From an uncultured virus (IMG/VR IMGVR_UViG_2851731845_000003) (lineage: Duplodnaviria; Heunggongvirae; Uroviricota; Caudoviricetes): 64,000 nt of DNA. Shown one piece after another: positions 38,562 to 48,800 of the stretch. Each line of letters begins with the position of its first letter. Positions within the stretch are counted from its first letter, which is position 1. The DNA lies in IMG/VR virus record IMGVR_UViG_2851731845_000003; one strand, written 5' to 3'. Position numbers and translations under genes: made by a program. The notes under the pieces were generated by a model. That model searched no databases and was not told the DNA's origin. It saw only the letters and a program-made list of their open reading frames with translations.

Positions 38562-39299
38562 TCAATTTACCTCGCCTGAGTTACCGGTTCCTGGCTGCAC
38601 GTCTTTGTGGGTGTGAGTATCGTCAATCGTCTTGCCGTTAGAGGTCAGGGTGCCGACAAACTCGATAGCGCCAGTGATTTTCGCAGAAACGCCCGCCGCC
38701 GCACTCCCCACCAGCCCGCCAAGGAATGTAAACAAGCCATTAACCAGAACCTCAGCGGAGAATTCCGCTTTAGGTGTCACCACATCGAGGCCACCAGGTG
38801 CCACGATTTTAATTTTCTTGGTCGTCGGATTTATTTCAAAGTAGGTTGATCCATCGTCACTACGGAACTGCGCGGCGCTGGTACTGATGCCACTAATTTT
38901 CTTTGCCTGTGACTGGGGGCCAATGATGGCGAACGCATCCGATAAATCATGCTGACGCTCATCAACAGTTTCCTGTATGTCGCCTGACTGGTGCCAGAAA
39001 TCAATACACCGATCACCAAAAACCAATAAGCACTCATCCCCAGCCTTAATGGGGAATGTCATGGTGACACCACCACCGCGCGGGAATACAACCGGAACGC
39101 TAGTTAGCACCGAGAGGTTTGTTGATTCCCCGCCTGATTCGCCTTTAATGCCGATCTGAATGTCGCAAGTCACGCTGTCAGCATCAAAGGACTGAACAAT
39201 CCCCGGCATCGATACGCGCAATTGAGACGATACTGATGATTGTAATGTTCGCAGTGTTTCGGCTAATTCTCCCGAACGGGAGTCTGTTGATACCGTCAT
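38562..39299 (-). CDS. Baseplate spike (Gp138/gpV-like)
   Basis: MPGIVQSFD, VPVVFPRGGG, GDECLLVF.DRCID, HDLSDAF, C-terminal HTH. Confidence 0.85.
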   Translation of the reverse strand: MTVSTDSRSGELAETLRTLQSSVSSQLRVSMPGIVQSFDADSVTCDIQIGIKGESGGESTNLSVLTSVPVVFPRGGGVTMTFPIKAGDECLLVFGDRCIDFWHQSGDIQETVDERQHDLSDAFAIIGPQSQAKKISGISTSAAQFRSDDGSTYFEINPTTKKIKIVAPGGLDVVTPKAEFSAEVLVNGLFTFLGGLVGSAAAGVSAKITGAIEFVGTLTSNGKTIDDTHTHKDVQPGTGNSGEVN

Positions 39300-39312
39300 G
39301 GAAAAACTCCAA

Positions 39313-39337
39313 TAAAAAACCCGCTCAGTGGCGGGTT
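39313..39337 (-). terminator. Intrinsic terminator after moron pair (near-identical copy at 41093-41118)
   Basis: Minus strand AACCCGC-CACTGA-GCGGGTT followed by a T run. Confidence 0.75.
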
Positions 39338-39359
39338 CGAGAATTAAATTCAGGCAACT

Positions 39360-39734
39360 TTATTTAATAACTGAACATGTTTTATTTATTGCATCACCGC
39401 GAGGACGATTATCTGCATCTAGTAGCTGTACTACTTGTTTGATTGATTTTGAATCTTTCGGGAATATCGTCGTGTAATGATTGTGCATTCCACCGTTAGC
39501 CCCCCACACATCAAACGTAATAACAAATGCATCACCTAGATCACCGTATGAATACTCATCAACAGTTACATTCTCGGTGAGTTCATTGTTAATAAGCACG
39601 GCATGTTTGGTTTCCGATGCATTCACATGTATTGAAAAAATATTATTTCCGCACTTGAACTGCATGGGTTGATTAGCGAAAGAACTAATCGGGAAAAGAA
39701 TTAATATGCAAAGCAACAGTTTCTTCATTGACAT
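39360..39734 (-). CDS. Small secreted two-Cys protein (moron)
   Basis: Signal peptide ending SFA; AT-rich. Confidence 0.65.
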   Translation of the reverse strand: MSMKKLLLCILILFPISSFANQPMQFKCGNNIFSIHVNASETKHAVLINNELTENVTVDEYSYGDLGDAFVITFDVWGANGGMHNHYTTIFPKDSKSIKQVVQLLDADNRPRGDAINKTCSVIK

Positions 39735-39739
39735 TACCC

Positions 39740-40069
39740 TTAATCTGGCAATTTCTTACATGGGAACGAACCGATTATCTTTATAGCATCCATATTATTT
39801 TGTAGTAGTTGAACGTTGAGCCATGATTTACCATCACGCTTGATAAACTGGAAGCCGTACATGTTGCCATCACGGGCAGGCATGATAGCCATATCCATTT
39901 TCATCTGCGTATCATCGCCTTTAGCACCAAGGTACGTGACTTTTTGTGAGGTAACAGTTTCACCATTAATAACTGTCATGCCATCACCAGTCAGGCGATA
40001 ACCACCACACTGAATAGCAGCTGAGGCCGGCAAAACGATGAATAACATTAGTGCCCACAAAAACTTCAT
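39740..40069 (-). CDS. Small secreted two-Cys protein (moron)
   Basis: Signal peptide ending ASA; Cys near both mature ends. Confidence 0.65.
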   Translation of the reverse strand: MKFLWALMLFIVLPASAAIQCGGYRLTGDGMTVINGETVTSQKVTYLGAKGDDTQMKMDMAIMPARDGNMYGFQFIKRDGKSWLNVQLLQNNMDAIKIIGSFPCKKLPD

Positions 40070-41082
40070 TACAGTCCCCTTTCTCTCGATGCATTAGTTA
40101 CCAAATCCTTAGCCCCCCGCGCTTCACACATCATGTCCATATAAAACGGGTTCCCGCGCGTATCGCCAGTATAGCTAATCCCCCTGACGATATACACACC
40201 ATCGGTCGCAATGCTGGCCGGTGGGTTAACAAGGCCGTTTACGGTCACGTTGCCATTATCGTTTTGATCTTCAAGCCTGCCGCCTGACATTTGAACATCG
40301 CGGCTGGAGAGCGTCGCACGATATACTGACTCTTGGTTTAGTTGAATGAGGCCATTTAAGCGAATGTTAGGGTTGATCAGGCAACGAACGTTAACACCAG
40401 ATCCAATGGTTTGTTGTGGCATGCCAATCAAGCCGGTATTGCTATTCAGTACAATGGCCTCATGCACATACTTATCGTTCGGTACCATATCAACTTTGCC
40501 GTTCACAAACTGCCAAGTGGCTTTGCATTGCTTGGCGACGTTATCCAGATAATCCCGCGTCATGCCGTACATAGTTTTACCGCGTGGGAATACCGTGGGT
40601 GGCATTTCCGGCATGATCCCCTGAGTTATACCGAACGGGGCAAGGTTACGCATAAGCAGATTGTTAATATCGGCCACGGTATAACCCGCTGCTACAGTCT
40701 GGTTTATTGTGGCGTTAATAAATGCGTTATGACCATCAATAGCCTGAATCAAAATAAAAGTATCCGTGGGGTTATCTCTGCCGGTAATGGTATAGCGGAT
40801 ATCACCCGAGAAAATCTCACCGAAGTTAGCATCTTCCTTTTGGCCGTCTGGTGAGGTTGAACCATCGTAACCGGCTATCAATCGTAACTTTGAGAACTCG
40901 GTACCGGTGATCCGGTTCACGGTATTTTGTGACAGGTTATAAATCTTGAAGATGGCAGTTCGAGGGAATGAAGTGTTGTACCACTCAATATTAAACGTCA
41001 CTTTAAAATCAGTGAAATTAATCCCCTTACCTTCATTATCCAATAGCATCAATTCAAAGTGGCGTATCCAATTCTTACTCAT
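40069..41082 (-). CDS. Baseplate hub protein
   Basis: IYNLS, LIAGYD, FPRGK, TGLIGMPQQT, GDTRG. Confidence 0.75.
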   Translation of the reverse strand: MSKNWIRHFELMLLDNEGKGINFTDFKVTFNIEWYNTSFPRTAIFKIYNLSQNTVNRITGTEFSKLRLIAGYDGSTSPDGQKEDANFGEIFSGDIRYTITGRDNPTDTFILIQAIDGHNAFINATINQTVAAGYTVADINNLLMRNLAPFGITQGIMPEMPPTVFPRGKTMYGMTRDYLDNVAKQCKATWQFVNGKVDMVPNDKYVHEAIVLNSNTGLIGMPQQTIGSGVNVRCLINPNIRLNGLIQLNQESVYRATLSSRDVQMSGGRLEDQNDNGNVTVNGLVNPPASIATDGVYIVRGISYTGDTRGNPFYMDMMCEARGAKDLVTNASRERGL

Positions 41083-41135
41083 GAAAACCTCATAAAAAAA
41101 CCCGCTCAGTGGCGGGTTAAATTGCGTGGATTGAT

Positions 41136-41444
41136 TTAGCTATTCTGCACAAAATATAAATGGCTACCGGTGCCAAGGTTGGTTTTTGTCGGGTATTCCT
41201 CCCGGCTATCATCACTGAGCACAGCAAAAACACCATTGATACCCAGATCAGGATATTGCTCAATCAGGTCAACACCAACCACCAGCGGAACGCCGCAAAG
41301 CATGTCAGCACCGCCGCTATCTCTCACGTCCATTATCCAGCCTGCGACATCACGATAGACCAGGCGCAGGTTAAGTGAGATTTCTCCAAGGGTGATATTA
41401 AAAAACTGATTATTGGCCGTTAACGGGATTTCTTGAACATTCAT
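41136..41444 (-). CDS. Small baseplate protein
   Basis: EIPL..NQFF.I.LG, GVPLVVGVDL; synteny. Confidence 0.6.
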   Translation of the reverse strand: MNVQEIPLTANNQFFNITLGEISLNLRLVYRDVAGWIMDVRDSGGADMLCGVPLVVGVDLIEQYPDLGINGVFAVLSDDSREEYPTKTNLGTGSHLYFVQNS

Positions 41445-42022
41445 TTAAAGTTCTCCGTTACCCAATCAAGACCAGATTTTAACAGTGAATTGTTTGCTGG
41501 GGCCGGTGCTTTGGTGCCGGTATTTTGCATAGCCGAAGTGCTTACCCCTTCCTGCATGTTTTCTTTGTCGGCCACTTTGACCGATTCAGTTTGAGACATA
41601 ATGACTTCACGTAGGGTAAGAACGCACATCAACACGTTTTCACTGGTTTTATCGGTTGTGACCTCAATGCCACGGATCAGCATGTTGCTATACTTTCGCT
41701 TACCGGTAATGACATCGAATGGCTGTCTGCTTTCCTGTAAATCGCGGAGTTCTTGATAAACCTCCTCCGGGCTTTTACCCAGACTTAACCCTATGGTTGA
41801 GGTATCCACAAAATCCAGCAATGAACCGCCACCGGCAAAACCCACCTCCATTGTCACCTCAGGGGCGCGCTTATAAGCGTGATCGTTAACTGCGGCCCCA
41901 ACCTCAACGGGGTGTTCTGTTATCTCCAGTGCGTCTTGATGCTTTTCAGAGATAATCACACTGGGTACCAGCAACCCAATTTTTCGCGTTTGCTGCCGAA
42001 AGAGGGCAGAAAGAATATCCAT
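41441..42022 (-). CDS. Tail initiator/Dit-like protein
   Basis: EKHQDALEITEHPVEVGA..DHAY, TGKRKYSNM. Confidence 0.7.
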   Translation of the reverse strand: MDILSALFRQQTRKIGLLVPSVIISEKHQDALEITEHPVEVGAAVNDHAYKRAPEVTMEVGFAGGGSLLDFVDTSTIGLSLGKSPEEVYQELRDLQESRQPFDVITGKRKYSNMLIRGIEVTTDKTSENVLMCVLTLREVIMSQTESVKVADKENMQEGVSTSAMQNTGTKAPAPANNSLLKSGLDWVTENFK

Positions 42023-42030
42023 TCACCCTC

Positions 42031-44037
42031 CTATCGGGTTGGTGTACTTAATTGCTGAGTAAGTTTTGCATTAACGCCGGTCTGCCTGCCGGCGACTTCA
42101 TTACCTGCAGATACCGGATCAGATACACCGGATATATAGATGTTCGTTTCCTGCTGTAACCCACCAGATGGCATATTGCTACGCACCTTCGGAATGTAAT
42201 TACGGGTTTCTCGGGGCATCAGGTCTAAACCGTGCTTCTGAACATTGCCAATTCCCCAGTTATAGGAGGCTAGTGCTTTATCCAGATCGCCTCCATTCAT
42301 CTTCAGAAGCATGCTCAGATATTTCGCGGCGGCGGCGGCTGATTTTTCGGGGTCGAAAACATCATTGCCTTTAAGTCCCATATCTTTCGCTGTCGGGTCC
42401 ATGAACTGAAACAGCCCTTTAGCGCCCGCACCAGAGATAGCGAATTGATTACCACCAGACTCCGTTATCGCCACACTGCGCAACAAACCCGCTGGTAGGT
42501 TATTTAATGCTTCTAACTTAGTGAGGGTGGGTTGCAGCCAGCCTAAAAGGGCTGCGCCTGACGCTGACGCGGTTGGCCTTTTTACTGACTGTGCATACTG
42601 GTCCGGCTCCGTCCCATTACTTTCACCGCGCAACCACCGGCCAACGCTTCTAGGGTCAAACCCGGTTTTATCTTTAACCCAATCGGCGGCGCTATTCGCG
42701 CTATCGGTTACGGCGGGCATTGCATCTGGCTGATCGCTACCCTGACTTAACAACGCTTTTCCTATCCTGGCCACCTCACCCCAATTGCCCTCTTTCAATG
42801 CATTAATCAGGTCACCGATCATCGATAACATCTTGCCGAACTCGCCGAATTGCTTCGTCAGGTTCTCGATGTCACCTTTTAGCGTCCAGTTTTTCAGATT
42901 AATGTTGAGTAGCCTAGCAACCTCAACGCCAACGCCTTTAATGGATTTAGTTAACTCATCCATTCCTTTTAGCGCAGCGTTTATTTCTTGTTCCCACTGC
43001 CCCCAATCAATCAGGCTATTACCGCCCTCTTTCCATGTTTTATAGTCGTCATACAGGGCAAAAATCGCCGCGCCCAGCGAGAGCACAATGCCCACTGGCG
43101 ATGTCAGGAACGCAGTGTTGAGTAAACGCCATGCCAGCAGCAAGCCGCCAAACAACATAATGAGTTGCTGCGTTATCGGGTCTAGCTTTTTAAACCAGTT
43201 GATGACATCACCGACCGCCTGACCGGTGCGCCATAATACGCGCGTAACCGCATCCCCCGCCCATAGAACGCCCTTAATAACTTTCATCAACACTGTTTCA
43301 ATCTTCGGCCAGTTATCCAGAAGTTGCTTACGCAGAGAATCAATATCCCCCGCCAGCCCATCAGCCAGATTTGAACCTATTTTGTCTCTCGCCTGACCGA
43401 GTGTCATCGAGAGATCACGCATGGACGTCATGAAGCGGTTAGATTGTTTGGCAGCAACCTCAGCATTAAAGCCGATCTTTTTAGCGGTTAGCGCATACTC
43501 AGAACTGAACTGCCCCAGCCCCTTACGCATTGCCATTAGCGTATTTTCATCAATACCCAGCATCTGCGCGTATTGGTTAGCACGGTAATACGGCATGCTG
43601 CTCAGTTTTGCACTGAGTCCGGTAAAAATGGCTGATGTGTCGCGCATACTGCCGTTCGCGCTGCGAGTCTGAATGCCAAGTCGATTAAGGAAACCCTCGG
43701 CCCCCGGACTGTTACGGATAAATCGAGCAAGGCTTTCGAGTGAGCCTTGTGCTGATGCGGCATCTACGCCAAGTTGCGAAGCGGCATAACCTAACGCCTT
43801 GATACCCGCCACCGATGCGCCCGTACGCTGCGAAGCGAAATAAACCTTATCCAGACCGTCAGCAATCTTGGTGGTAAAACCAACAACGGCCAACGCTGCC
43901 CCTTCGACCACTGCGCCCATTTTCAGTACATTGGCCGTGACGCCGGCGACCACAGCGGAGAATTTCTTCTCCCCCGCCTCATCCAGTTCAAAGCCAAGAC
44001 TGACCAGGAAATCCTTAATGGTTTCAGCGTTGCTCAT
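42031..44037 (-). CDS. Tape measure protein with C-terminal lytic transglycosylase domain
   Basis: IKDFLVSLGF start; TESGG, GAKGLFQFM, ASYNWGIG, ETRNY SLT motifs. Confidence 0.85.
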   Translation of the reverse strand: MSNAETIKDFLVSLGFELDEAGEKKFSAVVAGVTANVLKMGAVVEGAALAVVGFTTKIADGLDKVYFASQRTGASVAGIKALGYAASQLGVDAASAQGSLESLARFIRNSPGAEGFLNRLGIQTRSANGSMRDTSAIFTGLSAKLSSMPYYRANQYAQMLGIDENTLMAMRKGLGQFSSEYALTAKKIGFNAEVAAKQSNRFMTSMRDLSMTLGQARDKIGSNLADGLAGDIDSLRKQLLDNWPKIETVLMKVIKGVLWAGDAVTRVLWRTGQAVGDVINWFKKLDPITQQLIMLFGGLLLAWRLLNTAFLTSPVGIVLSLGAAIFALYDDYKTWKEGGNSLIDWGQWEQEINAALKGMDELTKSIKGVGVEVARLLNINLKNWTLKGDIENLTKQFGEFGKMLSMIGDLINALKEGNWGEVARIGKALLSQGSDQPDAMPAVTDSANSAADWVKDKTGFDPRSVGRWLRGESNGTEPDQYAQSVKRPTASASGAALLGWLQPTLTKLEALNNLPAGLLRSVAITESGGNQFAISGAGAKGLFQFMDPTAKDMGLKGNDVFDPEKSAAAAAKYLSMLLKMNGGDLDKALASYNWGIGNVQKHGLDLMPRETRNYIPKVRSNMPSGGLQQETNIYISGVSDPVSAGNEVAGRQTGVNAKLTQQLSTPTR

Positions 44038-44219
44038 TTATCGGATCTCCACTTGTCTATTTTCGCCTGGTTCTCAGCCTCCAGATCGAGGTAATCATTC
44101 AACAATGCAATATCGAGTAAGTCGATATTCCCGCTTTTGATTTCCCCCATGGTCGTGAGCTGATGCTTTACCGGGCGCAAGATAAAATCCTCCCCGCCCG
44201 GCAAGGTATCCAGCATCAA
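44034..44219 (-). CDS. Tail chaperone C-terminal extension (probably via -1 frameshift)
   Basis: EDFILRPV..DLLDIALLNDYLD; frame open back to the slippery site. Confidence 0.7.
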   Translation of the reverse strand: MMLDTLPGGEDFILRPVKHQLTTMGEIKSGNIDLLDIALLNDYLDLEAENQAKIDKWRSDK

Positions 44220-44614
44220 GCCGCTGGCGGTTCCGCTGGTGCGCTCTCTTGGAGTTCGTGCAAAAAATTTCCCATTGAATCACCCACCACCCGACCGACG
44301 ATTTGCAACATAGCCATCAGATCAATGTCATCAAACATCAGTGCGTTATTGGTGAAAATCGGGGTATAGGCGCTGCCGTGCTTGCGCGACACCCCCTCTA
44401 AACAAGGGTGAATAATGGCGTTGCAGTCCTCGTCGCTGATATCGGAAAGTGACTGGGCGATACTGGGTAAAGCCGTTTCAATCGTCACGGTACCGCTTCG
44501 CAGGTCTTTGAGGATGCCCGCCAGCAAAGGCAGCAATTTACGGGATACTTTCAATTGTGCGAATACATCGAGTTTCTGAGAGCGGTACTCGATACCTTTA
44601 ATCGTGAATTCCAT
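44216..44614 (-). CDS. Tail assembly chaperone
   Basis: Between tube and TMP; ends with GGGAAATTTTTTG slippery run. Confidence 0.75.
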   Translation of the reverse strand: MEFTIKGIEYRSQKLDVFAQLKVSRKLLPLLAGILKDLRSGTVTIETALPSIAQSLSDISDEDCNAIIHPCLEGVSRKHGSAYTPIFTNNALMFDDIDLMAMLQIVGRVVGDSMGNFLHELQESAPAEPPAA

Positions 44615-44624
44615 TAATTACTCC

Positions 44625-45065
44625 TTAAAAAGTACCCAGCAGCTGATCGACTTTGATGCAGTCAAATACCCATGGCACCGTTGCGCCATCTTTGGCGTTC
44701 TGCCAATCGGGTTGTTTTTGAAACGCACAACCACGCGCCGCAAACGTGTCACCGCTGGCAGTGTTGCGCATCAGAATGATGTTATTGCCCCACGTTGCAC
44801 TCGATTGAGATTGTGCGTTATACATGACCGATAACTTCCGATTGGTCGGACTGGTTTTCAGCAGATTTACCGTCACCGTGCCGCCTTTACCTGCATGTAA
44901 GCTGTGCATCCCCTCACCGTCAGCGCCAATGGTCATGGTGTTTTTATTCTCGATCATTGAGGTGGTGATCCCCTCTTCGGCCACGGCTGCGCCATAACCC
45001 AGATCGAATGAGCCGCCCACACCAACAATAGAGGCGGTAAAGTCCATAAAGCTATAAGTAGACAT
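44625..45065 (-). CDS. Tail tube (DUF3277-like)
   Basis: TYSFMD, EEGI, MTIGADGEGMHSL, LLKTSPTN. Confidence 0.8.
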   Translation of the reverse strand: MSTYSFMDFTASIVGVGGSFDLGYGAAVAEEGITTSMIENKNTMTIGADGEGMHSLHAGKGGTVTVNLLKTSPTNRKLSVMYNAQSQSSATWGNNIILMRNTASGDTFAARGCAFQKQPDWQNAKDGATVPWVFDCIKVDQLLGTF

Positions 45066-45076
45066 TCATCAGCTCC

Positions 45077-46552
45077 TTAGCGGTTAACATTGATAATGGC
45101 ATCGGCATAGTGAACAGCACCGGCCAGCTTGATTGCGGACTGCATCACCGGCGCTTTACGTCCCTCGCGGTCAGCCTGTGCCTGTGATGCCACTGGTGGG
45201 GCGTAAACGTAATATCCCTTAGTCAGGGTGTCGCCGGTTTCCAACACGCCGAAACTATCACCACCCCATACACCGGGAGCCACCAGCCCGTTAGTGACCG
45301 ACTGATCCAGTGATTTCTCTACATTGGCTAGCAAACGGGTTACGCCTGCATCTGTTTGTGGGATTTTGGTGGTGCTGGTAAATAGCAGGTTGTAGAGGTT
45401 GTTCTGTACGTAGTTCTGCAACCAGTCGAGGCCGTGGCGCTCATCAAAGAAATCGCCATTACACATCACACCTTCCTGAATAATTGCCGTGTCGTTGTCG
45501 TAATTGACGAACACATTGCAATTCTTCGCTTTCAGCGCATTGGCTTGCGACTGGGAAAGTGATTCAGCGGTAATGCCAGGCTGTTGTTTAAACTTCAGCG
45601 TGATGGTGGTGTTATTGCCGTTAAAGTTCACGGTAAAGGCACGACCAAAGATAGAGGCAGCGGCATACGGGCTGGAACTGGAATACTGCACCAGGGTACG
45701 AGCATAATTTGCCGACTTAAGCTTGCTGGCGATATCCGTATCAATGTCTGCATCCAGCGCAGAGGTTACCTGCGTGGTGTGGCCGTAAATCCGTGATACA
45801 TCGTCGCTTTGGATAAATGAGGCGATGCTGACCACATCAGCATCACTCAATGACGGGTCAGCAATAATCAGCCCATACCAGCGGGTAGACATATCGGCCA
45901 GTTTATAAATACACGCCTGAATGGTTTCCATCGTCAAGCCCTGAACGGGCAGCGCTCCGGCGCTCTCAATCAATCCCATCAGTGCAGAAATATCGGTGCC
46001 TGTGGTATTAGCTGAGCCATAACCTACTGCCGAATCTTTGCCTGTGGTTTTGGATGTAATGATAAAGCGGCTACCATTCCAGATAACGGTTGCTGTGGTG
46101 AGCTTATCAGCCACACGCGCCGCAACACCGTTCAGGTTGGTTTCCGCTGACCAGTCAACGCCAGTTACTGTCTTGACCGTACCATCTACCGTGATTTTCA
46201 TCGAACCATCTACCACGGCGGTAAAGTTAGCCATAAGCTGCTGCGTCGGGTTCAAAATCGCCCCGCGCAACAATCCGGCCGCATCTTCTTTCACCCAGCG
46301 CCCAACATAGGAATCAATCGGTTGCGGTGACTGCTGATAATACAAATTCGCGGCTTTATACTCTGGTGCATCCAGACCAAAGTCAGATGCAATATCCGTC
46401 GCACTGGAATAGCTGCGCAGGCGTTCGTGAGCATCGATAACAGGCGACGGGCCAACCACCAGCAGGGAACCAAAGTTCCGAGCCATGGCAGCACGCACAG
46501 CCATATTCACCGTCACATTGACGATGTTAGAAACAGGTAATCCCTGCGACAT
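45077..46552 (-). CDS. Tail sheath (DUF3383-like)
   Basis: [38 protein letters not shown]. Confidence 0.85.
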   Translation of the reverse strand: MSQGLPVSNIVNVTVNMAVRAAMARNFGSLLVVGPSPVIDAHERLRSYSSATDIASDFGLDAPEYKAANLYYQQSPQPIDSYVGRWVKEDAAGLLRGAILNPTQQLMANFTAVVDGSMKITVDGTVKTVTGVDWSAETNLNGVAARVADKLTTATVIWNGSRFIITSKTTGKDSAVGYGSANTTGTDISALMGLIESAGALPVQGLTMETIQACIYKLADMSTRWYGLIIADPSLSDADVVSIASFIQSDDVSRIYGHTTQVTSALDADIDTDIASKLKSANYARTLVQYSSSSPYAAASIFGRAFTVNFNGNNTTITLKFKQQPGITAESLSQSQANALKAKNCNVFVNYDNDTAIIQEGVMCNGDFFDERHGLDWLQNYVQNNLYNLLFTSTTKIPQTDAGVTRLLANVEKSLDQSVTNGLVAPGVWGGDSFGVLETGDTLTKGYYVYAPPVASQAQADREGRKAPVMQSAIKLAGAVHYADAIINVNR

Positions 46553-46556
46553 GAGG

Positions 46557-47105
46557 TTATTCTCCGAAGAATTTAACGGGTGCGGAGGTCAGCGATTTAA
46601 TGCCGTACTCGCGTATCACTTTGCGGCGTAACTTGATGGTGATATCGAAACGACGTACCCATTTGTTATTAATGAGTTCAGGAAATGGCGTAATGTGACT
46701 GCATCGGGCCAGAGAAAGCCCCATCGTTACCAGTTCGTCGTTATTTTGGGTGATTGTCAGACCGTCACGAAATTGGGCTGCATAACGCTGACCACTAGGG
46801 CCGTAGAAACTCGCCATACATTCTATTTCTTCGTGTCGCCATAACTCGGTACTGTTTTCTGTTTGGTTCTCAAAGGCTGGGCCGGAATCGTCGGGTATGT
46901 CAATAATCCCAAAACCACACCAATTAACATTAGCCTCCATGATTGGGGGTTGGACTGCGGTCCATCGTGGGCGAACGTAACCATCGGGTAACCCGGAGAC
47001 TCCCCTCAACCATTGGCTAAGTTGTCGCTCCAGTGCCTCATCATATGAGGGGCCCTCAACGATTGGCGTTAGCCATCCAGCCTCATTACTGCTGTTGTTG
47101 CTCAA
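46557..47105 (-). CDS. Tail terminator/neck protein (start uncertain)
   Basis: [35 protein letters not shown]; synteny. Confidence 0.65.
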   Translation of the reverse strand: MSNNSSNEAGWLTPIVEGPSYDEALERQLSQWLRGVSGLPDGYVRPRWTAVQPPIMEANVNWCGFGIIDIPDDSGPAFENQTENSTELWRHEEIECMASFYGPSGQRYAAQFRDGLTITQNNDELVTMGLSLARCSHITPFPELINNKWVRRFDITIKLRRKVIREYGIKSLTSAPVKFFGE

Positions 47106-47484
47106 TGGGAATCCCTCCATCGAACGGCAGGAGTTCACAGTGCGCCTGAACGAATCCCGCACCATACGCCGTATAGGGGTCAACAAACGTCACACGATAA
47201 TCACGATTCTGGTAGGTCACGATATCGGCATCACGCCCCGTTTGTCCTTGGGTCAATCTCTCGACGGTCACAATAAGAATTGCACCACCAATAACATTCC
47301 CTGACATCATCCGGCGCGATTCAAGCGAGCGGTCTATGGTAACCACACCCGCGAAACCCTTTTCAATGACGGTATTGGTGGCGAATCCGTCAGCATCAAC
47401 CGTTTGAATGTTTCGTTTAACGACCAGTGACATGTCACAGAAGTCCGGATCAAACAGCACGTCAGTAACATCAAGATTTGGCAT
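47086..47484 (-). CDS. Head-tail adaptor/closure protein
   Basis: [22 protein letters not shown]; synteny. Confidence 0.65.
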   Translation of the reverse strand: MPNLDVTDVLFDPDFCDMSLVVKRNIQTVDADGFATNTVIEKGFAGVVTIDRSLESRRMMSGNVIGGAILIVTVERLTQGQTGRDADIVTYQNRDYRVTFVDPYTAYGAGFVQAHCELLPFDGGIPIEQQQQ

Positions 47485-48064
47485 TTTTACTCCTCACAAC
47501 ATACGTCATGGCGCGGCGATACTGCCCCTCATCAATCAGTGGGCGAGCGTTGGTATTACTGATTAACTGACCAGAGTCATTCTTATCCATAATGGCTCCC
47601 TCTGCTGCTCGTCGGGCTAATTCCCTTGCTGCGCCCTTTCGTCCACGCCGAGCCCTTGCTGCGATCGTACTATCAGCCAAAGGAACGAGATTGGTGACAG
47701 TCATGTAGCGCTTGACGGCATTGCTGGCGATTAACCCCGCCTGATTAAGTGCTTTATCTGCAGCCCCTGAGTTACCATCAAATGTGGCCTGCGCTGCCTG
47801 CTTGAGTTTTTCTATCGTCCTATCCTGTACAGATTGAACGCCAGGTTGCAGATGGGGCCGCGCTGGGATGTTTTGAGCGGGAGAGCCGTACTCGTTTATG
47901 TAACCTATTTGAGCATTACCTATTGTTACCTTCTCTCCCTCCTCTGGGCTTCGTCCACTAGTTGACTCGGGAATACCCACCAGCACATCCTTATTACCGA
48001 TGGCCTTAAGTGCCGCCAGCACATCATTTGTTTTATCTACCCGTACCTTTAAGCCGCTTTTCAT
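47471..48064 (-). CDS. Neck/tail completion protein
   Basis: VLVGIP, EYGSP..NIPARP, PLA.ST, PLIDEGQ. Confidence 0.7.
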   Translation of the reverse strand: MKSGLKVRVDKTNDVLAALKAIGNKDVLVGIPESTSGRSPEEGEKVTIGNAQIGYINEYGSPAQNIPARPHLQPGVQSVQDRTIEKLKQAAQATFDGNSGAADKALNQAGLIASNAVKRYMTVTNLVPLADSTIAARARRGRKGAARELARRAAEGAIMDKNDSGQLISNTNARPLIDEGQYRRAMTYVVRSKNAKS

Positions 48065-48465
48065 AGCTGCCGCCCCCCAGCGCCAAACATGAGGATGATC
48101 TGGTAGAACTCAGCGCCGTAGCGGGTGAAATTCCAGAATCCGGCGTCAGGGTTCAGCGTGGCGCTATTGTCATAGCTCACCGAAACCTTATCGACACTCT
48201 TAGAAGCCGCTACACCACTCGTTGCTCCACTAGCACCGCCCAGCGCCGCCGATTGCATGTCTTTCGCTTGCAATGTCATGTAATGAGCGACAAATAACTC
48301 AACCAGATAGGGGAACATATTACCTAGCAGGTTCTCATCAAGAAGGTTGTCAGCAAGCGATAAGCGGAATTGTATTGCGGTGTTCGTGTATCGGGCCTCA
48401 TTCTCAAACTGAGGGAAATCAGTCCTGAACTGCGCTGGTGTCGGTAGGTTTTTGTTCCTTGCCAT
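48061..48465 (-). CDS. Head-tail connector (DUF4054-like)
   Basis: [31 protein letters not shown]. Confidence 0.75.
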   Translation of the reverse strand: MARNKNLPTPAQFRTDFPQFENEARYTNTAIQFRLSLADNLLDENLLGNMFPYLVELFVAHYMTLQAKDMQSAALGGASGATSGVAASKSVDKVSVSYDNSATLNPDAGFWNFTRYGAEFYQIILMFGAGGRQL

Positions 48466-48763
48466 TTACTTTCACCTTCGGCTTAGTCAGCTCATCGATT
48501 TGCTTCTGCATCTCAAGGATGGTGTGATCACGCGCCGCAAGTTCCAGAACTTGATCATCGATTTGCTTCTGCATCTCAAGGATGGACGCTTGCAGGTCGG
48601 TATTACTTTGTTCAATCTCGCCGTCAATAACCTCCGCGTGTGCCAGAGTGAACCAGTGCTCAGCAACGTCTTTGGTGACCGTGTGAGTGCCAACGAGAAA
48701 GGCGATATCTTGCTGTCCAGGCAGGGACAATTTAAAAGGGGTGTGTACTGCAATTTTCATCAT
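48419..48763 (-). CDS. Hypothetical head-region protein with internal coiled-coil duplication
   Basis: VAEHWF motif; ILEMQKQID repeated. Confidence 0.6.
   Translation of the reverse strand: MMKIAVHTPFKLSLPGQQDIAFLVGTHTVTKDVAEHWFTLAHAEVIDGEIEQSNTDLQASILEMQKQIDDQVLELAARDHTILEMQKQIDELTKPKVKVNGKEQKPTDTSAVQD
48492..48585. repeat. 31-bp exact direct repeat, 63-bp period
   Basis: TCATCGATTTGCTTCTGCATCTCAAGGATGG at 48492-48522 and 48555-48585. Confidence 0.85.
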
Positions 48764-48800
48764 TTCACCTTACTGGCCTCCTGCGAGGCCATCAGAGTTA

